A stretch of 64,000 bases of DNA from positions 34,825,888 through 34,889,887 of the forward strand of contig NC_052148.1 of the NCBI RefSeq assembly GCF_902713615.1. Reading direction: 5' to 3'. This document shows positions 37,501 to 48,832 of the stretch, one piece after another. The position numbers were made by a program, and so were the translations under genes. The notes under the pieces were generated by a model. The model was given only the letters and a program-made list of their open reading frames with translations, did no database searches and was not told where the DNA came from. The first letter of the stretch is position 1. Each line of letters opens with the position of its first letter. The stretch comes from Scyliorhinus canicula (taxonomy: Eukaryota).

Positions 37501-38895
37501 CTACCCAAGGTCGACACCTCCACCCTATCCCCATAACCCAGTAACACCACCCAACACTAAGGGCAATTTTGGACACTAAGGGCAATTTATCATGGCCAAT
37601 CCACCTAACCTGCACATCTTTGGACTGTGGGAGGAAACCAGAGCACCTGGAGGAAACCCACGCACACACGGGGAGGATGTGCAGACTCCGCACAGACAGT
37701 GACCTAAGCCGGAATCAAACCTGGGACCCTGGAGCTGTGAAGCAATCGCAGAGTGTCTCTGCGGTGAGGGAGGTTGTTGGAGATAGCTGTAACAGGAAGT
37801 CAATGTCTTCCCCCGACTCGAGCACCGGGGAGTATCACTGGACCTGTGTCGAGGGCTCCTGTCCATGTCCTTGCCATCATTGCCGCTGCTCGACACCTGG
37901 AGTTGTGGCTATGGTTGGGCTGGGGGGCAGGTGGCACCAACAACTCCTTCAAAACACAAGACAAGATGTATGATTTCAGCGCGGACTGGGGGGGGGGTGT
38001 GGTGAGGGGTGTTGGGGGTGGTGGGGGTGAGGTGGTGGTGGGTGTGGGGTGGTGTGGGTGCTGGGGTGACACGTGCGATGGGCAACTCAGTGGGGTCTCA
38101 CTTCCTCGCCCGATGCGACCTCTGCCCTTCGGCCCCCACCGACTACACCTGTGGCCTCTGTTCCATTGTGATGAGAGGCTGCAGTTCTGGCAGTCCGCTC
38201 TCTCTTTCTGCGATTGTGTGCAGCCTTCTCCCGGGGGGGGGGGGGGGGGGGGGCAGGCAGAAAGCGCATGCAGTTCAGGGGATGGGTAGCTGATGGCTTA
38301 AGTGGGCAGGGCACCCAGCCATGGCAGCCAGTGCCGAGGGTTCGGCTGCCCTCTGGGTTAGGGTGGGGGGGTGGTCATGGGTGTGTGGGACGGGAATTGG
38401 TGCTCGGGGCACAGTGCTGCCTACTCACCCTGACTGCCCTGAGGAGGTTGTGCAGTTTGTTTCTGCACTGCTGGCCAGTCCTCGCAGTGTTGCCCACGAC
38501 GCTGATGACCTCTGCCACCTGTGAACAGCGGCAGCTGGAAACCTCCTTCCCACCCCGGGGTGCAGGGTCACCCACCTCTCCTCCACGGCATCGAGCAAGG
38601 TCTCCAGTTCGGCATCTGTGAATCTTGTCTTGCTGCCATCTTGTTGGCTGGGATGGTGTGTGTGGGGGGTGAAGTGTGTGTATGTGGTTGCAGCTTGTCA
38701 ACCTCCTGAGTGCCAATCCAGAACCTGGCGAATCAAACACCATTTTTCATTGGAATCGGTCGTGCTCCACGTGGCACCGGTGCTAGCCCCTGAATAGCTG
38801 GTGAATTGGTCTGGGTGCGGCGCCAGTTTTGCTGTCGTGGAACTCCACTAATCCCTGGCATCAACACTTAGTCTCAGGAAGGGAGAATCCAGCCC
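34539..38895. mobile_element. Near-palindromic PIF/Harbinger-like non-autonomous element with a Myb/SANT ORF relic on each arm and nested CR1/SINE insertions
   Basis: TIR cggccagattctccattcctgagact / agtctcaggaagggagaatccagccc; catc on both flanks; + arm AARLVAPKFTNTELETLLDAMEER..QCRKKLHNLLR; - arm ..QQCRNKLHNLLRAVR. Confidence 0.75.
35799..37139 (+). mobile_element. CR1-type LINE 3' part inserted in the left arm, itself interrupted by an inverted duplication and a SINE (about 36550-36850)
   Basis: RT/3' motifs NYFSQRVVNLWNSLP; tail cctatgtccctatgttcct; flanking ccaacacac at 35790-35798 and 37140-37148. Confidence 0.7.
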
Positions 38896-39664
38896 ATCAC
38901 CTATTTAGGTTTGAGGCCATTCAGACTGGTCAGAAGCTCCCCGAGGAACTTCTGAATGAAGCGTTGAAGACCTGCTTCCTGCCAATCAACGCTGATTTGA
39001 GTATATATTGGCTGTGGGGCAGCCAGAGTTGACAGGGATGTGTTCCCCACCGACTGTTCAATTTACAGGACTGAGCCAACACCATCATAAAAATTCAGGG
39101 CTCAATACTATTTATCTCTGCATAGATGCCCAGTAGGAGATTTTCCAGGACTTCCTGTAATGATGAGTTAAACCTGTCAAATTAAACCTACAATATATAT
39201 GAAAGCAAATTACTGCGGATGCTGGAATCTGAAACCAAAGAGAAAACGCTAGAAAATCTCAGCAGGTCTGGCAGCATCTGTAGGGAGAGAAAAGAGCTAA
39301 CGTTTCGAGTCCAGATGGCCCTTTGTCAAAGCTGATTAAACCTACAGACTGAATCTGAGAAACCGGTTTCAAAATGTTTAACAGCAGCACTCCAAGCTAA
39401 TGATGGAACAAAAGAAACAGTGTTTTGTACCAAAAGACTCCATGGTTACTGATACCATGGAGCTACGAGGAAGGATTTGTGTTCTTGGCCATAAACCAAA
39501 AGGTCAAAATGAGGAAGTAGCCATTCTTGTGTGAAACAAAACGGAGAAGGCGCATGCTGAATGGGAAGAATTCATGAACTGACGAGAAGAGGAGTATCAA
39601 GCTTTGTTATCTGATCATTAGCATAACGTTAATGAAATTCTTAAAAGCGGCTAAGCAAGATTTT

Positions 39665-40170
39665 ACGCAGGAATAGCATGAATTGCCTCTCCTCCAGCTT
39701 GGCGTCCCTGAACCACAGTGCCACTCTCCTTATGCCATCTTGTTGGCTGAATTGAGTGTGTGTGAGGAGCGGAGTGCTTAAATGCGGCTTCAGCTTGACA
39801 GCCTCTCGACTGCCAATCCCAAATCCGGCAAATTAGGCACTGTTTTTCATTGGAATGGGTCGTGGTCCCTGTGGCGTTGGTGCTAGCCCCTTCACGGTCG
39901 GTGGATTGATCTGGGAACGGCACAATTCTGCTGTGGTAAAACACCACCAATTCAGTCCGAGCGTCAACACTTAATTTCTTTTTTTTTTAATAAACACTTT
40001 TATTGAGGTAGTTTTTGGCTTTATAAACAGTTACAGACATCATCAGAAAGAAAGCAAAAAAAAAGGCAAAAATGTGCAAACATCCATGTACTTTCAATAC
40101 TTCAATCATAACATATTGCACAAGCCCGCTCCTCTCCAACACTTAATTTCTGGCACGAAGAATTCCACCG
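39665..40170 (-). mobile_element. Terminal fragment of the same Harbinger-like family carrying a 157-bp L1 3'-end insertion (39980-40136)
   Basis: Similar to 38630-38895; poly(T) insert flanked by the 15-bp TSD caacacttaatttct at 39965-39979 and 40137-40151. Confidence 0.75.
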
Positions 40171-40549
40171 CTTACGTCTTCACAACATACTTTCCGACCC
40201 ATCTTTGTATCATCTAAAAATGTAATTAACATACCTTTGCTCCCCTCATCTAAGTCATTGATGTAAATTATAAAAAGTTGAGGCCCCAGAACAGATCCCT
40301 GCAAATAAAGAGGCAGTGTTAAATTGCATTTCCTGGAAAAGAATACTGAAAGTTTAAAGGAACTTAAGGAGAACAGTACCCTGAATTTAAACAAGAGGAG
40401 GATGATTCAATTGTACAACTGGTTGGGACTTTCTGTGACATTAAAGAATTTGGATCCATTAAAGAGAATAGAGATTAGGAATTGAAAGATGAATGAGTGG
40501 TTTAAAGACTATGTTAAAGGATTAACATATTATGACAATCAAGTCAATA

Positions 40550-41080
40550 TTGTTGAAGAACAAAAAAAAGTTGCTGAATTCAAAGGGATTGTCAGAAATG
40601 TTCTTATCCTGGGTACTGAAAACAAGGGTGGCAATGAGTCCAGAGGTGGCGATTTTTGGGGTGTCGGAAGACCCGGGAGTATAGGAGGGGATAGAGGCCG
40701 ACGTTGTGGCCTTTGCTTCCCTGATAGCCCGGCAACGAATACTGTTGGCCTGGAGGGACTCAAAGCCCCCAAAGACCGAAGTATGGCTGTCGGACATGGC
40801 AAGCTTTCTCGGCTTGGAAAAAATCAAGTTCGCCTTACAGGGATCACTATCGGGGTTCACCCGGAGGTGGCAACCATTCATCGACTTCTTCGCGGGGAAC
40901 TAATCGTCAGTGGGGGGGGGGGTAGAATAGTGTAGAGTAGGGGGAAGAATAGGCGGGTCTATTTGCGAGAGTGGTACTGTTATTTGCACTGTGTTTTTTG
41001 TAATTGGTATCTGCACACTAATGCATATTGTTACTGTTTACAATGCCAAAAATACCTCAATAAAATTGTCTGTTAAAAAC
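40550..41080 (+). mobile_element. L1/Tx1-type ORF2 C-terminus and 3'UTR
   Basis: AFASLIARQRILLAWRDSKPP..LEKIKFAL, paralogous to the 10300-10950 ORF; AATAAA at about 41058. Confidence 0.85.
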
Positions 41081-41715
41081 TAAAGAATTGTTGTTCTTGA
41101 CAAAGTAAGCAGGCCAAGTGTATCATTTTTAACCCAATACCTGGGAATGCTGTGAGAACTGTGTAAAAGAAGGTTTGCTACAAGTGAAGGATGAAAAGGT
41201 AAGCCACCTATAGTAAAATTAATTTTCATTCACATGAGTTGGAATGACTGAAATTTAAATCTTCATTATTACATGAGACAAGAGACAAGTTAATGATAAA
41301 ATATGTAAGGATGGAGATTATTGCTTGGCCTCTATATAGTAAGTTAGTGGTTGGAGTGCTAACAATGCTATATGTTGGTAGTATTAGAGAGAAACAATTT
41401 CCATTGCAATATTTTTTCATATTTTAGCAGGAAGGTGTTCAGAATGCAATGTTTTATCAGATGGCTATGTTTTAAATTGTCTCTTTTTAATTTTAACTGG
41501 GGACTCCAGTCAAGTTCTGTTGAAACCCAATGCTGATACCATGAAGCTGTGGGGAAGGATTGGTGTTCTTCGCCCTAAACCAAAAGTTAAAAACAAGGCA
41601 GTAGTCGTTCTTGTGTGAAAAGAAATGGAGAAGGAGCATGCTGAGTGGGAAGAATTCATGAACTGACGAAGAAAAGGACTATCAGGGTTTTTTATTTCAT
41701 CAGCAACATAATCTT

Positions 41716-41938
41716 TTTTTTTAAATTTAGATTACCCAATTATTTTTTCCAATGAAGGGGCAATTTAGCGTGGCCAATCCACCTACTCTGCACATTTTTG
41801 GGTTGTGGGGGCGAAACCCACGCAGACACGGGGAGAATGTGCAAACTCCACACAGACAGTGACCCAGAGCCAGGATCGAACCTGGGACCTCAGCGCCGTG
41901 AGGCGGTTGTGCTAACCACTAGGCCACCGTGCTGCCCT
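41716..41938 (-). mobile_element. Young HE1-like SINE
   Basis: 14-bp TSD agcaacataatctt at 41702-41715 and 41939-41952. Confidence 0.9.
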
Positions 41939-44900
41939 AGCAACATAATCTTAATGAAATTCTTAAAGCAGCTAAACAGGCAGATGCAGTTGATTTTCAG
42001 CAGATGTACTGTACTGTACTGTACTCAGAGATATCGGGCAAGAGAGACAGAGTCCCGAAGAGAGACGGGGAGGCAGTTGTTGTGCTGTTTTTCTGTTAGA
42101 ACATAGAACATACAGTGCAGAAGGAGGCCATTCGGCCCATCGAGTCTGCACCGACCCACTTAAACCCTCACTTCCACCCCATTCCCAAATAATCCCTCCT
42201 AACCTTTTTGGTCACCAAGGGCAATTTATCATGGCCAATCCAACTAACCTGCATGTCTTTGGACTGTGGGAGGAAACCGGAGCACCAGGAGGAAACCCAC
42301 GCAGACACGGAGAGAACGTGCAGACTCCACACAGACAGTGACCCAGCAGGGAATCGAACCTGGGATCCTGGAGCTGTGAAGCCACAGTGCTATCCACTTG
42401 TGTTACCGAACTGCCCCGGTTAGCTACCAAACAGAATGTGGGTGGGAAACCATTAACTGGTCAAGGGATGTAATCCAACAAAATTTAAGGACAATGGAAG
42501 ATTCATCCCGGTTTGACCAGGATAAGGAATCACGTTCCTGGAGGTCCATTCAAGATTTCTAGGAAGACTATGGGGTTGGGGGAGGGGGGACGGACGGTTA
42601 CTAAACTGGTTTCAAACCTACATGCTTTCCAAATATATAATTTGTTACCTGCTCTGTGATTTAATGTATTTCCACAATTTACAAATAATTGTAACTGCCA
42701 GGAAGTCTATATTTTAAGACAATTTTGCAATAAGATAAAATTGCAAAAACAAACCTTACAAACCGGTCGTTGTAATTTCCACAATTTAATAGGTTTGACC
42801 AGATAACAAAAAATAAATGACTCCAGATACCTTGCAAATATGAAGTGAACTGTTTTTATAACCTCCTTGGGCTGTCAGTTGTACAGAGGGAACAATTTGG
42901 CCAAATGTTGTTTTCTTTTTAATATTTAACACTGATAATATTTAACACTAACCCTCCTGCACCCCAGTGGCCTGCCCGTGACTGATGTGGTTTAGTTAAT
43001 GTCAGTGTAGTTGCCAACGCCTGGGTCGGTATTGGTGCTGCACAGGTACTTGCTGATATAATAATAAGTCTGACCCTTCTTAGCACAAACAGTGAAATGT
43101 AAGTTTGTGTCTAGGCGCGGGAATGACCCTTGGCGGCAAAAGCTCACTCCGTTCAATTGGAGCCTCTTCAGAAATGTTCAATGGTATGGCGAGGATTACA
43201 GCCATTTTGCGAAGGAGTATTTAACGCTAACAGTCTCTAAATGTTGGTTTATTGGTGTTCGGGTGAGCCCTCCCCACTCCATGAAAGGTTGTATCATGTG
43301 GTCGGACATACCAGATGATAAACATCACTGGAACAAGGGCCATTCTCATCCGAACACAACACTGAAGGTATTGTTTGTTTCTCGTCACCCTGCCCCGTTT
43401 TAAACATCCCTGGGATTTGGCATGTGAGCAAATGACTCGCTTCTGCATCATCATTATTGTCAACCTGTTAATCCGGCCTGGGGATATATTTAAATCGTTT
43501 ACATGTTTGCCAATCGCGTGTGTTGTTGACACGTCTGTACTTGCGGCAGACTCTCAAACCTGCTTCAACAGGAAGCAACTCGGAGAGGAAATTTAGCCGC
43601 CGAGATGGCTGGCTTCATGCCGTTTACACCCAATCGAGAAGATAAACATGTAAATTTATTTCCGCTGCCGGGTCCAAAAGTCAATATCAAGCGTGCGAGT
43701 GCTGCAGATATTGATCCTGGTTATTTCGGTGACCACCAGATTGGCTGGTGGAGAGGTTTTTATTGGAGACAGTTTTATTAAGGTCAATTTGTGCCATGTT
43801 TTCAGCAGGAAGGTCTATGCGATTAGAGATCACCTTAGACATCAATCTGAGCTAGAATGTGTACATGAGGTTTCCAGGGAGGGCGGGACGTGGCCCAATT
43901 GGAAGGAGAACTGTCCCGAGGTGATCCGGGATGATTTCTGGAGTGAATGTCCAGTCCTTTATGTCTCTGGCGGGTTTTACCCACCACAGTTACAGGCCAC
44001 CGAACAGAGGACGGTGAGCGAATTTTCGTTAAGGGAAACTTAACATTCTCGACTTTTCTACGCTGTATTTTTTTGTCATGTCCAATATTCTGGTTTACCA
44101 TCTCCTGAAATTACATCGAATGCGACTAATCGATCAACCCCACATTTGAGGGGGAAATTTGATAGCTCCTTTAAAGGGCCAGCACAGATGCAACGGGCCG
44201 AGTGGTCTCCGTTGCTGCAGTGACATTCTATGATTCTGACACATTTCAGGGTTAAATGTCGCTTCAAGCTCAGTCCCTACTTGCGGAGTTGGAGTTTCGG
44301 GAGAGAAGGAGGAGGGAAATTAGTTAGTTTCATTACATTCCCCGATTTACCAATTTTTAAGAATTATTCGTTCACGGGATGTGGGCGTCGCTGGCTGGGC
44401 CGGAATTTATTGCCCACTCCCAACTACCCTTCATTTCAGAGGGAGTCACCACATTGCTGTGGACCTGGCGTCACATGTAGGCCAGACCAGTTAAAGACGA
44501 CAAATTTCCTTCCCTAATGTTTGTTTATGACAATAGACTATTTTCCAGATTGTTTTTTTAAAAATTGAGTTTAAAGTTTGAGATTGGCGGGATTTGAACC
44601 CCGGTCTCCATTATTTTTCCTGGGTTTCTAATCCAGTGACAACATCACTACACCACCTTTCCCTGAGACTGAGGCCATTAATGAGGATTACAGTCTGGGA
44701 TAATGCTGTTAGTGTATGCGTGAGGCAGGGGTTCTCAACATGAAAGGTGTTTTTCTAGCAATTTCACAATGAAAACAAAATTGAAGGTCATATTGGATTG
44801 GACTGGATTTGTTTATTGTCACGTGTACCGAGGTACAGTGAAAAGTATTTTTCTGCAAGCAGCTCAAACAGATCATTTAGTACATGAAAAGAAAATACAT

Positions 44901-47900
44901 AATAGGGCAACACAAGGTACAATATCGCTTGCATTTCAGGCAATAAGTTTGGTGACATCCTGTAACAGCCTCCTCGAACAGGCGCTGGAATGCGACTAGG
45001 GGCTTTTCACAGTAACTTCATTTGAAGCCTACTCGTGACAATAAGCGATTTTCATTTTCATTTCATTTCATTGGTGATTTGCCGAGACCAAGGCGTCTGG
45101 TTAACGTGACACAGGGAGAAAACGAGGCAGTTGCTACAACCTTCATTTTATTCTGACAGGCGATGCTATTTCCTTCGAATTGTGTTTAATAAAGGCTACA
45201 ACCCCACGATGTTCCTTGGACCAGCAATAAACCTGCAAAGCGACAACATTCCGAAATTAATTAACGGCATTAATCCAGGTTGAAAACTACAATTTAAAAT
45301 ATATATATATCGTCAGTGTAGAACGTAACTCAACACGAGGGACGCAAATAGCTTATGGGTTTGAACTGCTCGGCTGGTCAACTGTATCTAAATGGAAACG
45401 GGAGGGGGAGGGAGGGGGGGGGGATAGAATGATGGACCAGGGTGTATTTACTTCATCCAAAAATATATTTAAGCAGAAAGCGAAAGGTGTGAGAGCGGTA
45501 AGCGGAGAACATTGCGAACAGGAAAATGATGTGAAGAAAACAGGAAGTATAACCGTAAATAAATGTATGAAGAGATTATTGTGATAGTGATACTGTAAAA
45601 CTGCACACAGCCAAAGAGCAGGAGGGCCGAGATAAAGGACCTTAGTTTGTTTTTACAGCAGTGCTCAATCAGGACTTTAGAGAGAACAGGGATAAGCAGA
45701 GTATGATAATAGATTGGGAGTAGAGGGCGTTTGATTATATGAGATAATCTTGGTCAATCCAAGAGATGCGACCTATAGCCCCAGTGGATACTTGGAAACC
45801 ATTCTAGGTAGCCAGAGTATAAGGAAGAGTCTGATTATGGGATCACCACTGCATCATGTTACACCTCAAAGTGTCGCACAAAGTCCCATTTCAACCAAAT
45901 TAACTGAAATTCAAATACTTATAAACAATTGCCCATCACAGCTCAACAGAGATTAAATCTGCCGATTAATATCCAAGTCACATCTTGTATAAGCAAAAAG
46001 AATGAGATGGAAAATCCTGTCGTTTTCGGCTGTCCCCGATAAAGAATGCCCTGCCCAAGGTGAGGAGCCGGGGACTGACGAGTAGCTTTGTCCATCTGGT
46101 GAAAAAGCTTCTGTCAACGATTCGCCTCCAGCTCAATAACTACACCTGCTATGTCTGCTTTGCTTGGCACCTGTAGAGACATCTTGTCATTTCACAAGAT
46201 GGCGGGTAAAGGTTGGCCATACAGCTGACAGGAGAAAGAGGAGGTGGGAGGGAGGGGGGCAAAATCAAAATAACAGGCTTTTGGAAGCCGGAAATGAGGT
46301 GACAAGGTAGAGATGCTTATGGAGGGGAAGGGAATACAGGATGAAGAACCAGGAGGCAGAGGGTATATAACAAGGAATGTACACCTACAGGAGAATGGGA
46401 AAACATAAAGGCATTAAACATCAGGAACAGAGTCTTAAAAGTACATTCTGCCCGGCCACGAGGAATATGACGATTGATAAGACAATTGGGGGTTTGCATC
46501 TTCATAAGGTTGGCTTGTTTATGGAGAGCAACATCAGGATTATCGGGGACAATAAGGCTTTGAAGTGTTCAAAGTATTCATGACTGTTTCAGCAACAGAG
46601 TGAGGGTGGCGGAGGAAGAGGGTGATGTTTCAAAGGTAAAAAGAAAGCGTTCTTAGTGGCACCGTGGACACGAGGGAAAAGCATCGTTCTCACTTTCCTC
46701 ATTACAGTGCCTTTGTACCTATTAACAGAGGGTTATAAATATGTAAACAATCCCAACATGATATAAGAATACATTTTACATGAAATCATTACAAAACAAA
46801 ATACACTTCGATTTACAACCAATTAAATTGGTTGATCCACTATAAATAATACGTGAATTCGAGAAATGAAAGACTCTAATAACCTTGAAATTCGGTGGAA
46901 ATCGGGGAGTTAGGGCAAGATTGCTAACTGGGATGGATAAGGGCGGATGTTTTGATATAACATTGCTCAGTGTGTCTGAGATGATGAGAAACCTGGAGGC
47001 TGGGGACAATCTGATGCAAGACAACGAGATTCAACCTTAAAATAATTTAAAACTGACACAAGAATTTGCTTTAAGCAAATTAAAGACAATGTGGAAATAA
47101 AAATATAAAACCGAGGAGCAGAGGCTAAGGAAAACCAAATACGAAGTGAGTCTAAACGACGCTCACCTTATAAAATTATGGTTGCTATACGGTGAATACT
47201 GACATTTTAACTGTGACTAAATCTATTGGTTAAATACAATCAGAGTAATATTTTCACTAAAATTGACAAGAGTCGCAGTTTTAGATCTCTGCATTGTTGG
47301 ATGCGCATGGAAAGTGGCTTTAATAAAGCACGCCCAGTTCCTTTACCCCCAATTCTTCTCCCTAACAGCATTTCCTGCTGGAGGACGAATGAAGAAAGTG
47401 ATGTTACCAATCCCAGCATCTCCCAACTGGCGATCTGCAGACATGCAATAGCATAAATGAAGGGGCTGCAAGTCAGCCTTACAATGGGGATATTGGAGTA
47501 AATAATAAACTGGTTGAATTCCTATTTATAATGAATACGATTTTGACTCTCTGTCCTTATCTGTGGGCCAGATAACCAAAGTGACATGTGGCTTGGCAGA
47601 TTCATACCCTGGAAACTGGGTTATATATATTTGGATTCACTCATCTTTAATTTATTTTCATAAATAAATCGAAGCGTTTCTACGTTCACTGTTAGGGGGC
47701 GCGCATAATCTATTAGACATAGGCCCAATCTATTCAATCTTTCCTGGTAGGACAATCCCTCCATGCCAGGAATTATTTTAGTGAACCTTCCTTGCACTCC
47801 CCCCTCTATGGAAAATAAAACAATTAAAGCAAAACAACACCTTCGATCTTGCGCACATGTGGAAGACCTCATATTTCCACACCGCTCCAACTTTACTATG

Positions 47901-48792
47901 TGACACACTTTTTGGTTTGTATGGCCCGGCCCGGTGCTGAACACATTCGCGCGTGTGTCTGGCGTTGGGTTAGTTGTTCAATCAACAGCTCTTAATATCA
48001 AATATCAAACGCCACAATTAAAACAGAGTAAACACAACGAATGTCGCTGCAATCGTTATTAATTCCCGGTGCTCTGGAAACCGCGTCGGTTAATTCCGGA
48101 AATCACCAGTAAAGTCTCCATTTAAGGTACTGCCCAAGTGTTAGAACAGCCGCATGTGTCAATGCAACTGAATTTGTGCAAGAGCTTTGACACTGATGCA
48201 AGCAAGCGAACATCAAATGAGGTATGGTTCAAGCAATACCCCCATTCAAATAAAGTAACTCAAGTAACCCATTTTAGGTGGTGTGTGCCTCACAGCTGCA
48301 CACGGCCAATTCAAGCAAGGTTCCCTCAACTATTCTGGCTGCTCCAAAGTCCTTTTGTGTACACAAAGTCTTAAATCATCTGACTTCAGGTTTGGACATA
48401 GGTTAATATAAAATCGTCATTCGGCGCCTGCTTGATGTGCGGTTTTATCTCTCTCTCTCGCTCTCTCATTTTTCTTTCTTTCTTGTTACCCTGACAGAAA
48501 TAACTCTGTGGATCAGTAAGGTCAATGTATCCGTTACAGCTGAACACATAAAAGGAGCGACCAACGCTGGCGTTTGAGATCCATTGTGCCCAGACTGAAT
48601 GGTGGACTAAAAACTCATCCTATAGGAATGTTTATGGAGGGTCTTCGTCTTGTTAGAAAATAAATACCTGATCTATCCGCCCACGGAGACGGTGACCTCA
48701 CGTCCTGAAGCTGTGCGGAGATCGCTCGCTGCCGTAAGCGATCCACGAACATCGGCTCGTCCGTCTCAAGTGCCCTCGTTCACCGCAAAGCC

Positions 48793-48832
48793 ATGAAACT
48801 CCTGGGGTTCCTCCTCGTCCTCCAAGTGACAA
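48793..48832 (+). CDS. CD8A: CD8A exon 1, signal peptide MKLLGFLLVLQVT
   Basis: Kozak-like aagccATGA, hydrophobic leader, AA|GTAAGC donor, phase 1. Confidence 0.88.

Noticed and set aside
43693-44043. 116-aa ORF with a signal-peptide-like N-terminus
   Set aside because: It starts at GTG with no in-frame ATG start, has no recognisable domain, and has no supporting exons.
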